From assembly GCA_964016885.1 (NCBI GenBank), contig OZ024743.1, positions 365,738,001-365,802,000 of the forward strand: DNA of 64,000 bases. The letters run 5' to 3'. Positions 1 to 14,128 of the stretch are shown here, piece by piece (position 1 is the stretch's first letter; every line of letters begins with the position of its first letter). A model generated the notes under the pieces. That model saw only the letters and a program-made list of their open reading frames with translations, had not been told where the DNA came from and ran no database searches. A program made the translations under genes and the position numbers. This DNA comes from Eledone cirrhosa. Taxonomy: Eukaryota.

Positions 1-134
1 CATAAATATACACACATATACAAACACATACATACATATACACACATCCACACTAAGAACATACATACACACATATATATAAACATATACATATACACAC
101 ATACATACATATACACATATACATACAAATACAC

Positions 135-185
<51 letters not shown>

Positions 186-815
186 TATGTATATACACGT
201 ACATATACACACACATATACATATAATCACACATACTATATAGACACAGATATATATAACCACACACATACATGCACATGTACAACACTTACATACTAAT
301 ATACATACAGAAATACACATACATAGCTATATATACACACAAATATATACAGACTTACATATATACATACAGACTAATACTTACGCATCTATATATCGGT
401 ATATACATACAAACACCACTACACTATCACACAACTTAGAAATACAAAGAGAAAGGTATATACCTATACACATACATATACAAATAGAAAAACATATAGA
501 TATATATATATATATATATACACACACATATACATATACATATATATATATATAACATATATATATATATATATATATACACATACATATACACATACAC
601 ACACATACACATATACACACATACATACATGTACACACACATAGAAATATTTACGCATACACACATACACACATACATATAAAGTCATATACACACATAC
701 ACCTACACGAACATACACATACACATATATAAAGATATATATACACACACACACACACACACAACACATACACACATACACATATATATAAAAAATAAAT
801 AATAAAGATATATAC

Positions 816-870
<55 letters not shown>

Positions 871-1521
871 CACATAAATATACATACACATACATACACA
901 CATACATAGACATACTTGTACATACATACACGTACATCGATATATATACATATATATATACACACATAGACATATACATACATACACACACAACTTACAT
1001 ACACACATATATATACATGTATATTCATACATAGAATTAGATATATAATCATACATACATATGCACTTACTTATACTCATATATACAAATACATACGCAT
1101 CCATATATGCGTATATACATAAAAACACCACTACAACCTCACCTAACTCAGACATACAAATAAAAATAATAATAAAAAGGCATATGTATATACATATATA
1201 CACGCATTAATAGAGATATACATATACATACATATATATACATATATATACATATATACATATATATACATATATATACACACATACACTCATACATATA
1301 TATATATAGATACCCACACACTCATACCACCATAAATACACATACAAACACCCACATATACATATATATACACACGTATATATATATATATATACACACA
1401 CATAAAAAACAGACATGCACATATATATATACTTTTTTACACTTATATATACACATATTATATACACATACACAACCTCACATATACACACATACACATA
1501 AGTTATATTATAATAATAAAA

Positions 1522-1564
<43 letters not shown>

Positions 1565-1654
1565 CATATATATATATATACATATATACACATATAAACA
1601 TATACATACATATATACACACATACGAATATAGACATATATTCACACATAGACA

Positions 1655-1700
<46 letters not shown>

Positions 1701-1969
1701 CACATACATATACACAGACACATATACACACTCACATATATATGTGTGTGCACACACACATATATACACACATACACATATATACACATAAACACATATA
1801 TGTGCATACATGCACACACACATATATCACATAGATACGAAGATAGACATATAAATAGAGAGACATACATATATATACAACACACATACACACACATACA
1901 TACACACACATATACATATACATATATATATACATATATATATATATTCCTATATATACATATATACAT

Positions 1970-2003
<34 letters not shown>

Positions 2004-4882
2004 ACATACACACATTCACATACACATACATATATACATGCATATATACACATATATACATACATACACACTCATATATACACACACAATCTTACATTCA
2101 TATTTGCATGCGCATATATGTATTTTTATATTTAGATATAAATACCCAAACCTATATAGACACTTACCTACATATAAATTCATACATACACGCTTACAAA
2201 TACAGATGATAATAGTATGGGGGAAAGGGGGGGTTTGGAGAAGGGGATCATAGTAAATATATGTTTCAAGAAACATAGAATATTTTCCGTATCTTTATCC
2301 AATGTATGTTTTTACATAGTTTCAGTGTTAGGAAATACAACAAACAAGAACTAAGGCAAAATCTATGCATCTCAAAATAAACAAGTATACCATTAATTAT
2401 ATGTTAACTAAACCAAAGATAGTTAACATATTGATTTCTAAGGTGTAAATTAGTTAGGTTTATAATATTTGAAGTAGAATTTTGAAGTTAAATAGTAGTA
2501 GAGTATTAATTATAGTATAACTAAATTAAAGTTAATAACGTTATGGTATCAATATTAGGAAATGAATTTAGTAATAGGGAAAAAACAAATAAAATAAAGT
2601 ATTACATCGGTAGTAGAATATAAATTATAGGTTAACTAAATTAAAAATTATATATTTATTTCTATAGTATATGTTAATTAGGTATATAATACATAAAGCA
2701 GATATTGTATTTTATCAATAGCATAATATAATTATATGCAAATAGAAATCAAAATTAATACACATACATATACATATACATACACATACATATATACATA
2801 TATATACACATATATATATATATACATATATACACATATACATACACACACACATACACATACACATATACATATACATATCTTTTTCAAAAAAATTGCA
2901 TAGAATATATTAACTAGGTATATATCCAAAACACATCCCATTCTATGATTACATGACATTCTGCAATTCGTCTGTATAAGGATACTAATTTTAAGCAAAT
3001 TAAAATTAAATTTTTAGGTTGATTAAAATTAAAACCAAATTATAAATATATTTCTAAAATGTATATTAATTAGGTCTATAATACTAAAAATTATTTCTCT
3101 GTCATTGGATACACGATATTATTTTGTTATATTTTATCTGTAAAAGAATTATAATAAAAGGTTTAAATAAATTAAAATCAATCTATAAATTAAATTACTA
3201 AGTATATATTAGTAATATTTAAAGGTTTTTCACAATTTATGATTACATAATATTTTATATTCTCATCTGTAATAAAATTTTAATTAAATTAAATTTATAG
3301 GTTAACTAACATTTAAATTAAATTAATTTCTAAAATAATGTTATTAATTAGGTTTATAATATTTAAATGTTTTTTTTAGTTTATGATTACACGATATAAT
3401 TAATTCCTGTCGTTTATTTAATAAGATATCCTTAGACTTCATTATTTCAAATAGTTCTTGGGAACATAATCTACATTCATTTCTATTATTTTGATAAGGG
3501 GTGGCTCTTTTGAGCACACTCCAGGTCAAATCATATTCTATATTCTTATTTTTATAACTATTGATTTTTTCTGCTAGAGATGTTGTATTAGCCAGTGCGG
3601 CATTTTTAAAAAACTATGCTTGTGGGTATTAAACCTTGTCTTAAAATTGTTAGAGGTAGCTCCTATATATGAGCAAATAGAATCTTTAGTTTTAACATTA
3701 CATTTATAGACTATGTTGTTAACAAGACAATTCCCTTTTAATGGGCAGTTTGCTTTGTTTCTACAGTTACATCCTTTCGTTAATTCTGTATTTGAGGAGA
3801 TATTATGGTTAATTTGATGTACTGGTGGTATACTTATGGTTTTCTTACATTTATATGCATTATATGCACTTATATTTTGTTTTATGTTATTTGTTGTAGA
3901 GTATGAGAATTTAACTGTAGACCTATTTAAGATTTGATGGTATTTGTGGTTTGGCGGGAAGTTTTTCTCAAGGATATAAAAAAATTTTTTAGCAATATTA
4001 TCCTTAACTTGTAAATTAAAAGGAGCATTATACCAAGTAACCCGTCTATTACGGTTTCTATGTTGTTTATTATTTTTATTATTTTTATAGGTTGTATCGT
4101 GATTTTTACTAGGAGGATTAATGTTAATGATCTCACCACAACTATTTTTAGTTATATTTGTAGATTTAGGTGTTTTATCCTTTTTATTAGGAGTTTTATT
4201 ATTAATATTTATTAGAGTTGTATGATGAGTAGTTTTTTGAGAGTTACTATACTTTATATTAGAAGATTTGGTATTTTGGGGTATAGTGTGGGTGGCATTT
4301 AGGTGTGTACTTTTCATTTGGTGTTTGTTGGTAATATTATGTTGTATGCTTTCAGTATTTTTAGTAGAAGGTATATACTCTAATCTATTTTTGTGGCCAC
4401 TTCTATCTAGAGCTTCGTTATAGAAGGTCGCATTTTTATCAAATACATCTTGGTTAGAAGAAAGGTTAGAAATTCTAAGTGATATATTATATGCAAGGTT
4501 TTTAAGGATAGATTTAGGGTGATTAGATTGTGAGTGTATGTAATGTAAGTTTTGGTTAGGTTTATGGTAAGGTTGGTAGATACCCGTAGCTAAATCTAAA
4601 GTTATGTATATATATGTATATATGTATATATAGGAATATATATATATATGTATATATATATGTATATGTATATGTGTGTGTATGTATGTGTGTGTATGTG
4701 TGTTGTATATATATGTATGTCTCTCTATTGATATGTCTATCTTCGTATCTATGTGATATATGTGTGTGTGTGTGCATGTATGCACATATATGTGTTTATG
4801 TGTATATATGTGTATGTGTGTATATATGTGTGTGTGCACACACATATATATGTGAGTGTGTATATGTGTCTGTGTATATGTA

Positions 4883-4940
<58 letters not shown>

Positions 4941-5030
4941 TGTCTATGTGTGAATATATGTCTATATTCGTATGTGTGTATATATGTATGTATATGTTTA
5001 TATGTGTATATATGTATATATATATATATG

Positions 5031-5079
<49 letters not shown>

Positions 5080-5729
5080 TTTTATTATTATAATATAACT
5101 TATGTGTATGTGTGTATATGTGAGGTTGTGTATGTGTATATAATATGTGTATATATAAGTGTAAAAAAGTATATATATATGTGCATGTCTGTTTTTTATG
5201 TGTGTGTATATATATATATATATACGTGTGTATATATATGTATATGTGGGTGTTTGTATGTGTATTTATGGTGGTATGAGTGTGTGGGTATCTATATATA
5301 TATATGTATGAGTGTATGTGTGTATATATATGTATATATATGTATATATGTATATATATGTATATATATGTATGTATATGTATATCTCTATTAATGCGTG
5401 TATATATGTATATACATATGCCTTTTTATTATTATTTTTATTTGTATGTCTGAGTTAGGTGAGGTTGTAGTGGTGTTTTTATGTATATACGCATATATGG
5501 ATGCGTATGTATTTGTATATATGAGTATAAGTAAGTGCATATGTATGTATGATTATATATCTAATTCTATGTATGAATATACATGTATATATATGTGTGT
5601 ATGTAAGTTGTGTGTGTATGTATGTATATGTCTATGTGTGTATATATATATGTATGTATATCGATGTACGTGTATGTATGTACAAGTATGTCTATGTATG
5701 TGTGTATGTATGTGTATGTATATTTATGT

Positions 5730-5785
<56 letters not shown>

Positions 5786-6070
5786 GTATATATCTTTATT
5801 ATTTATTTTTTATATATATGTGTATGTGTGTATGTGTTGTGTGTGTGTGTGTGTGTGTATATATATCTTTATATATGTGTATGTGTATGTTCGTGTAGGT
5901 GTATGTGTGTATATGACTTTATATGTATGTGTGTATGTGTGTATGCGTAAATATTTCTATGTGTGTGTACATGTATGTATGTGTGTATATGTGTATGTGT
6001 GTGTATGTGTATATGTATGTGTATATATATATATATATATATTTGTTATATATATATATGTATATGTATA

Positions 6071-6101
<31 letters not shown>

Positions 6102-6415
6102 CTATATGTTTTTCTATTTGTATATGTATGTGTATAGGTATATACCTTTCTCTTTGTATTTCTAAGTTGTGTGATAGTGTAGTGGTGTTTGTATGTATAT
6201 ACCGATATATAGATGCGTAAGTATTAGTCTGTATGTATATATGTAAGTCTGTATATATTTGTGTGTATATATAGCTATGTATGTGTATTTCTGTATGTAT
6301 ATTAGTATGTAAGTGTTGTACATGTGCATGTATGTGTGTGGTTATATATATCTGTGTCTATATAGTATGTGTGATTATATGTATATGTGTGTGTATATGT
6401 ACGTGTATATACATA

Positions 6416-6470
<55 letters not shown>

Positions 6471-6604
6471 GTGTATTTGTATGTATATGTGTATATGTAT
6501 GTATGTGTGTATATGTATATGTTTATATATATGTGTGTATGTATGTTCTTAGTGTGGATGTGTGTATATGTATGTATGTGTTTGTATATGTGTGTATATT
6601 TATG
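1..6604. repeat. Large inverted repeat: arms 1-1980 and 4603-6604 (left arm runs off the window), microsatellite-rich
   Basis: Unique words inside the TA/CA mosaic match in reverse complement (e.g. 1-60 vs 6545-6604; ACAACCTCACCTAACTCAGAC vs GTCTGAGTTAGGTGAGGTTGT). The ORF track gives mirror-image ORFs (381..638- vs 5963..6220+; 703..1203- vs 5398..5898+). Confidence 0.95.
3344..4602 (-). mobile_element. 5'-truncated Penelope-like element (Naiad-like): RT thumb, linker, CxC-CPL-C Zn motif, GIY-YIG endonuclease; frameshift near 3610
   Basis: [78 protein letters not shown], continuing in another frame as TWSVLK..CRLCSQE..LLNKRQELIISCNH. Colinear with the ORF at 62149-63987. Confidence 0.92.
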
Positions 6605-6657
6605 TATGTGTGTGTGTGTGTCTATGTGTATATATATGTATATTATATATATATATA

Positions 6658-6696
<39 letters not shown>

Positions 6697-7403
6697 ATAT
6701 ATGTATATATATATATATTTATTTTCTTGATATATTTCTTTTTTCTTTTTTCTTTTTTCTTTTTTCTTTTTTCTTTTTTCTGTTTTCTTTCTATTCTTTC
6801 CTCTTTAATGTTTATTTATTATTTTTTATTTTTATTTTTTTATTTTTATTTTCTTAGTTTATAGATACATCTATATTAGGCAGTCTGCTCAGACCGTTGA
6901 ATACTGACCTCTCCCCCCCCCCCTCCCACCTAATTTCTGTATCTTGATCTAAAAATGTGTGTGCCAGTGTTTTATGTGAGTGAATTAATATCCATGTGCT
7001 TATGATTTTATATCCACATATATAAATGTGAGTGGGGGTGTGTGTGTGTTTGTATGTTCGTGGTTATGTGTATATTTATGCATATACGCGCGTGTATGTG
7101 TGATTGTACGGATATGTGTGAGTATGAAAAAATATATTTATATACTTAATTTCATAAGTGTCAATACGCATCTTATCTGTGCATTATAAACTTACAGAGA
7201 CATTAACCTTGAAATTTTGTATTTGCATCCATCCTTTTAGTATGCGTATACAAATTATACATACATTTTTGTAAAATATGTGTAAGGGTTTTACATGTAT
7301 ATACACACACCGAACTGCATTTAACCCTTTGTGTTTTCATTGGTCAATTTTGTTCCCAAACGGACCTGAAATTTTGAATTGTTGTTATTATCAATAAATA
7401 TAC

Positions 7404-7557
7404 TTCATTATTTCTGAAGACGGCGTATATATGTGTTGGTATGTATATTTAATCTTGATAATTTGTATAATTTTGTATAATTTTGTACATAGATCTGTTG
7501 AATATGCATACCAATTCTAACACATATATATCCTAGAAACGATCGTTAAATAATGAA
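7404..7557 (+). ncRNA. Type I hammerhead ribozyme with very long stem II, at the 3' end of the inverted pLTR arm
   Basis: TTCATTATTT-CTGAAGA-[115-nt hairpin]-GAAA-CGATCG-TT-AAATAATGAA; 10-bp stem I and palindromic stem III. Confidence 0.8.
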
Positions 7558-7738
7558 CTTTTTTTGTTTAATATAAGGAATTGTTTATTCATTATTTGTT
7601 TAATATTTTATCTTGACTCTGTATACCGTTTATCTTTCACCGAAAGTGATTTTTCATTACATCTCTTCTTTCCATGATATCCGGAATACATTGAGTTCTT
7701 CATACGGATTGGACACTACCGTAAACTCTTGGTAGATT

Positions 7739-7958
<220 letters not shown>

Positions 7959-7959
7959 A

Positions 7960-8087
7960 TGTGAAGGCGTGTGGCTGTGTGGTTAGAGAATTGAATTCGC
8001 AATCGTGAAGTTGTGAGTGAGTTCGTTTCCCGGACCGGGTGATGCGTTATGTCCTTGAGCAAGACACTTTATTTCACGTTGCTCCTT
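7960..8087 (+). mobile_element. tRNA-derived CORE-type SINE (related copies ~20210-20330+, ~47770-47888-, ~53480-53585-)
   Basis: A-box-like GTGGCTGTGTGG, B-box-like GAGTTCG..CCC and CORE-like TGTCCTTGAGCAAGACACTT. Confidence 0.65.
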
Positions 8088-8090
8088 CTA

Positions 8091-8133
<43 letters not shown>

Positions 8134-8137
<4 letters not shown>

Positions 8138-8790
8138 TAATAATGGAGCTGCAAATGGGTTACATATGAAAAAGTTTGTCCTCATCAGTGGCCATCCAAC
8201 CGTCGTAGGCATTTCGTCGCATTAGAGGCCATATACCTCAGGTTGGTGCGAGCAACGGCTAAAAAAAAGTCGTTGGGACACGTAAATAAGGGGGACGCTA
8301 GGGTAAACGAACAAAATGGTTTAAGCAGCAGAAAGTCATGAAAAAGGAAACAAGTCCCAGATTTCTATGAATATAAATTCGGTGAAATCGTGAACGAGAG
8401 AATAAAGACCATCAAACCTGGTTGAAATGTGAGCAAGGAAGGAATTTCGCACAGGTCTAACGGGAGGAAGAAGGGCTCTGGTCTGCGAATTCGGTAAACA
8501 TAAGTTCTGTGAAGTCGCAGACGAGAGAGAGAGAGAAAAAAAATTCATACCGGCTTGGCCAAGTGCCCACGAGAAAAGGAATACGGACAGGTCAAACGGG
8601 AAGAAAGGGGAGGAGGAGAGGTAGTGACAGAGAGTGAGTGAATGAAAGGTGAGGAAGAGGCTAACAGAGAGAGAGACTGCTAGAAAGGGTAAAGACACAA
8701 AGAACGAAACTCTGTGACTTCACAGAACTTATGTTTACCGAATTCGCAGACCAGACCCCTTCTTCCTCCCGTTAGACCTGTGCGAAATTC
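8134..8790 (-). mobile_element. Non-coding TA-inserted element, family A copy 1 (~575 bp plus a short inverted segment 8714-8790)
   Basis: Near-identical to 45448-46032. 8714-8790 is the reverse complement of ~8443-8520. Carries the rearranged-HHR candidate at 8181-8246. Confidence 0.85.
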
Positions 8791-9004
8791 ATATGACTCC
8801 AGTTCCTCAGGGAATTAACAACCCAACAAGGAACTAGGCATATCAGAGTATTGACAATATTATACACCTAAACAACATATGTACTTGTCTATACCATACT
8901 AATTCAAACTGCCTGAAGAGGTCACTGCCAAAGATGGCTGTCACTGAAATATATATAGCAGTAATAAACGAAGCTAAATTTTAATCATTTGACTTTTATT
9001 TAAC

Positions 9005-9010
<6 letters not shown>
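8791..9010 (+). mobile_element. PLE 3' end fragment (GIY-YIG C-terminus, HHR, AATAAA, then TA tract)
   Basis: Reads MTPVPQGINNPTRN* (T..P.G.N terminus typical of PLE endonucleases), followed by an HHR and AATAAA at 8963. Confidence 0.65.
8908..8962 (+). ncRNA. Type I hammerhead ribozyme
   Basis: ACTGC-CTGAAGA-GGTCACTGCCAAAGATGGCTGTCACT-GAAA-TATATA-TA-GCAGT. Confidence 0.8.
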
Positions 9011-9057
<47 letters not shown>

Positions 9058-9060
<3 letters not shown>

Positions 9061-9373
9061 ATCAAAAGATGGTTAAAAGAGTTCCATGTATTTTATTATG
9101 CGCATTTCAAAAACAAATATCATCATGCAATAATATTTGTGTTTTCATCAGATAAAATAGGAAGACATGATATGAAGGTTAAAAAAACACTTGTGAATAG
9201 TGCAGTTTTAAATCAGCATATTAAAACTGCACTATTCACAAGTTTTTTTTAACCTTCATATCATGTCTTCCTATTTTATCTGATGAAAAGGCAAATATTA
9301 TTGCATGATGATATTTGTTTTTGAAATGCGCATAATAAAATACATGGAACTCTTTTAACCATCTTTTGTTCTT
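9058..9373. repeat. Fold-back element: ~154-bp arms, 9-nt loop, between (TA)n tracts
   Basis: 9058-9211 is the reverse complement of 9221-9373 with a few mismatches. Confidence 0.95.
9272..9342 (+). ncRNA. Type I hammerhead ribozyme (mirror copy 9089-9159 on -)
   Basis: TATTTTAT-CTGATGA-AAAGGCAAATATTAT tgc ATGATGATATTTGTTTTT-GAAA-TGCGCA-TA-ATAAAATA. Confidence 0.88.
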
Positions 9374-9468
9374 TTATATTATATATACTCCAGTCCTACA
9401 AACTGTAGAGTGCTTCTTATCCGATATCTGCATTGGTTTATTGTACTACAATAAAACTCACCTCCTAC

Positions 9469-9563
<95 letters not shown>

Positions 9564-9717
9564 ATATAGGTAAATTCTCTACCCACACGAAATCGTTCCT
9601 CTCACTATGCTTTCCTTTTTGGTTGGTATCCTAGTGATGGTGGCTTAAACCATAGAGCGAGTGATAGAACGATCGGAGATAGACCGGTTCTTCCGATGAC
9701 TTCGTTTCAATATTATA

Positions 9718-9777
<60 letters not shown>

Positions 9778-9851
9778 TATTGAAATTTCCGTTGAAAACA
9801 GAAAAAGTCATAGAAGTGAAGAGTGCTCTATGTAAGTACCAGAGCAAAATT

Positions 9852-10033
9852 TAATGTATAAAAATCAATACAATATAATTACCTCGTCACCAGAGGTTTC
9901 CCAATGAGGCGAATACGAAAGAAACGTCTTCATTCGTTCGTCAGACGAACGAATGAAGACGTTTCTTTCGAATTCGGTTCATTCGGGAAACCTCTGGTAA
10001 TGAGGTAATTATATTGTATTGATTTTTATACAT

Positions 10034-10035
<2 letters not shown>
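9852..10035. repeat. Fold-back hairpin (~90-bp arms, centre 9943) containing the 3' half of an HHR
   Basis: Arms pair around CGTC-A-GACG. The right arm has CGAATGAA..TTCATTCG-G-GAAA-CCTCTGG-TA but no intact CUGANGA. Confidence 0.8.
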
Positions 10036-10091
<56 letters not shown>

Positions 10092-10382
10092 ACCACAGCT
10101 TTTTTGTAGCTTGAAACAAGCTAAAGAAAGAAAGAATTAACAAGCTAAAGACTTCCGACCAAACACACTCACATATACAAACATACACGCACCTACACAC
10201 ACACACACACATATATACAAATACACGCACGCACACACACCTGCACATATACGCACACATTATATATTTCTATGGTTGTAGAATGAGTTTTATAATTGTC
10301 TGCAGCATAACTTACTGAATGACCTTTGTATGACTTATGAGGTGTTACCACCAATGAAACATAACTAGAGAGAGTGAGAGAG

Positions 10383-10430
<48 letters not shown>

Positions 10431-10739
10431 GGAAAAAGGGGAGAAAGAAAGTGAAAAAGAACGAGAGAGACTAGAGGGGGTAGAAAGACAACCATAAAGG
10501 TAGACGATATGACCGAGAAAAATACTTTATGGGGAGCATTCTGCATACTGAAGACAAATATGGTAAGGGTTTTACATATATAATATATTTAAGCAACTGA
10601 GATTGTATAATCAATTAGGAGATTTAAGTTCACCTACAGTTTTCTTACTGTAAAACCAATAAGGGAAATAAACACAATGAAATCAAATGATCAATTGCTT
10701 TTGACAATGTAGATTGGATTGGGTTTAGTCTTTAAACCC

Positions 10740-11420
10740 AACTGGTGGCAGTTACGGATGTTTCAATATTGCTAGACTTCTACAGCAAGGCATTTTCTAC
10801 CCAGTTGACAAGACAGCATCAAGCAATCAGTTATGACGATTCTAACCATTCATGTCTTTGACATGGCTTGATAAGCTTTCTCCATTCTGGTAAGTATTTC
10901 GCTTGAGTTTGCTATTTGTTAAGATCAATTCCTTTCCTCTTCATTCATATTACTTTTTGCACTATCATTGAATCTCAGTCTAGGTCTTCCTTCGTTTCTT
11001 TTCCCTGTACATAGTTGGGTGGCTGCTATTGTCTATCTTGTGTGTGTGGCACAGCCATCGTAGATTTCTATCAATGAGGATTTCCATCATAGGAGGCAAA
11101 CAAGGACGCCGGAGGATCCTTTCAATCCCAGTCTTGTCAAACAGAGTAATATTCATGATTTGCTGCAGCTGTCTCATCATGAATGCATGTAACTTGTCTA
11201 CTTGAGCTTTATAGACAGCCCAGGGGGGTGGGGGCATCATAGCCTGGCTTACCTTACATTTGACCCGTATAGAAGACCTACCTATTTTTCCACACTCTCT
11301 CCTGCTGTCTGTCAAATGCAGCGTTAGGTCTGCATTATCTGGGATGGGGCTGCCTATGTATTTGAATACTTTACACTAAACTAGTCCTTCATGTCTAATG
11401 GTGATGTTTTCTTGTTACAG
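10740..11420 (-). mobile_element. Degraded RTE-type LINE 3' fragment
   Basis: WAVYKAQVDKLHAFMMRQLQQIMNI..ILRR..LRWLCH resembles the post-RT region of RTE LINEs. Confidence 0.7.
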
Positions 11421-11672
11421 GGGTAGGTAAGTTTTTTTAACAAATACTTATACATATATACATAGTTAAAAATGAACGAAGAAAACACAGGAGGCATTTC
11501 TAGACAGTTATATTAAATTCACGATTGGTGGAAGTGGCTGAAGTTTCAAGGTCTCGGATATATGTCCTTTATTAGGAAAGTTCGGATAGGGGGAAAACAG
11601 GAACTCCGAGGAGTAATAAGGGTTTTAAGGAGGGAAGTTACAAAGTAAATAAGTATATATATATATATATAT

Positions 11673-12542
11673 AAAACATGGGAAGAAAGAGGAAAACTGC
11701 ATGGTTGCACATGGGTTACATATTATAAAATTAGTCCCTCATCAGTGATTTGCCAACCATCATTGGTATTTCAACGCATTAAAAATCATATACCTCAGGT
11801 TGGTGCGAGCAATAACTAAAATAAGCTATTGGGACAAGTGAATCGCGTAAAGCGAGTGAGACAAGTAAACAACATAGAAGGCAGAGCAAACCGAAGGTAG
11901 GAAAAAAGCAAGCAACATGATGGTTATCCGATCAGCATAAGCTGGGTGAATTTCATGAGCGGTCAGAAAACAGACCGTTCGACGTGAATGAGATGTGAGA
12001 AAGAAAGAATCCCACTACTAACGAACGGGAGGAAGTGAGAAGGGGATAAACAGAGAGTGAGTGAGTGGAAGTGCGAGGAAGAGGTCAGTCGAGAGAAAGT
12101 GTAACTGACAGAGGGGGCGAAAGAAGGTGAGAGAAACAGAGAGAACGGGGGAGCAGAAAGAGAGAAACAGACAATCGCAGTCGAGGTAAATATGTATAAA
12201 AAACATGGGAAGAAAGAGGAAAACTGCATGGTTGCACATGGGTTACATATTATAAAATTAGTCGCTCATCAGTGATTTGCCAACCATCATTGGTATTTCA
12301 ACGCATTAAAAATCATATACTTCAGGTTAGTGCGAGCAATAACTAAAATAAGCTATTGGGACAAGTGAATCGCGTAAAGCGAGTGAGACAAGTAAACAAC
12401 ATAGAAGGCAGAGCAAACCGAAGGTAGGAAAAAAGCAAGCAACATGATGGTTATCCGATCAGCATAAGCTGGGTGAATTTCATGAGCGGTCAGAAAACAG
12501 ACCGTTCGACGTGAATGAGATGTGAGAAAGAAAGAATCCCAC

Positions 12543-12547
<5 letters not shown>
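11673..12547 (-). repeat. Family B: 527-bp unit in ~1.65 head-to-tail copies between (TA)n tracts; distant relative of family A
   Basis: AAAACATGGGAAGAAAGAGG at 11673 and 12200. Shares GGGTTACATAT..CTCATCAGTG..CCAACC..CATATACCTCAGGTTGGTGCGAGCAA with family A. Confidence 0.9.
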
Positions 12548-12613
<66 letters not shown>

Positions 12614-12927
12614 AAAAAAGAAAGTTATATATATATATATAGAGAGAGAGAGAGGGAGAGAGAGCAAGAGAGATTTACATTTGATTTTAATATACGAAGT
12701 TTACGGAAACTTTCTTAATATTTTGTGTATAAATGTGGTGGATTGTCAGGATTATTAAACCATTAAACAAAAGGCCTTGTGATCATTGTTCGAGCTCTTT
12801 AGATACTGAGGTCATATAGGTAACCAGTCAATTACTGGTGCCGTTTATTGACTAGCCCCTACCCCTAAGTATTCTTTGTTTCATCATTATATTAGATATA
12901 ATATTATTATCTATAAGGATAATATAT

Positions 12928-13120
12928 GACAGTGGATTAGCAGTATCGGTAGAGCGTCAGACACCATGCTTTGCAGCATAGGGTTATGGCCTTTTACATT
13001 CTGAGTTCAAATCCCGCCGAAGTTAACTTTGTCTTTCATCCTTACGGGGGCGATAAAATAAAGTACCAGTAATGCACTGGGGAAATTGCTGGCCTTGTGC
13101 CAAGTAGAAACAATTATTAT
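12928..13120 (+). mobile_element. tRNA-derived SINE, abundant family (other copies ~13493-13632-, 21375-21720-, 30505-30972+, 34440-34645+, 43733-43920-, 47960-48135+, 48528-48740-, 48753-48933-)
   Basis: B-box CTGAGTTCAAATCC, body CCTTACGGGGTCGATAAAATAAAGTACCAG, 3' GGCCTTGTGCC..TAGAAAC and an (ATT)n tail, repeated many times in the window. Confidence 0.85.
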
Positions 13121-14128
13121 CTATACGGATGCTTGGTTGAGACAGACAAATTACCGTGCGACGTTTACGTTCTGGCTTCAAATCTAATAGAGATCTATTT
13201 GTCTGTTTGTCCTTCTATGGATCAATGAAATTAATATCAGTTGGATATATTTGGGCCCTTGTGTCAATGGCAGATATTTCCACATATACCTCTTTTTATG
13301 TGCACACTCAGAGATCCGTATATACACACACATGCACACATATATGTATATATATTTTTGTTTCATTTAGAAGTGACTACAGGGCTAATACTGTTCCGTT
13401 CGGCTTTGTATTAAGTAATTATGTATGTACATTCATGCATACACGTATATATCTATATCTGCGTATGTGTGTGTATGTGAAGAAAGTACGTAATAATTGT
13501 TTCTACTTGGCACAAGGCCAGCAATTATCCCAGTGCATTTCTGGTACTTTATTTTATCGACCCCGTAAGGATGAAAGGCAAAGTTAACCTCGGCAGGATT
13601 TGAACTCAGATCATAAAGGGACGTAACTATGAAGAAAGTACGTAATAATGATAACCAATACACAACCGAAAGCGATGGTTATGACGATGGTTGGGATGAT
13701 GATTATGTTACTGACTATGCCATCATCAATTACAACGAAGAAGATAAATGGCAACAACGACTTGAACGAACATTGTACATAGAAAATATTTTAACATAAC
13801 AGAAACAGGCAGAATATGAAAGAGCGGAAATGAGAATGAGAGAGCGAAGGAGAGAGAGAGGAGTGAGAGAAGGAGAGTGTGGGAGAGGATGGGCAATTGA
13901 GGCTTTGTATGAAAACATCTGTCGTGAAGAAGTGTAGGGAGTAGAGGAAGTCGTATATTAATATTCCGACACCAAATATGTATAAGGTCATATAGAACAA
14001 GATATATAACATTTTGTACGTCGTTGTAACACATACCACACCGGATGACATTCTTTGGTGTACATAAACGTTTCTTCAGTCCTTAGGTAGATACATAGAT
14101 GGATAGATAGACAGGCGGCAAACAGACA

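Noticed and set aside
3601-3615. T TTT TTA slippery heptamer at the PLE frameshift, suggesting programmed -1 frameshifting
   Set aside because: The related intact ORF (HISNF-KHVKFKNSTSLA vs [17 protein letters not shown]) aligns without an extra residue, so a homopolymer indel or sequencing error is simpler.
12928-13030. tRNA genes suggested by A/B boxes
   Set aside because: They are SINE heads followed by SINE bodies; no complete cloverleaf.
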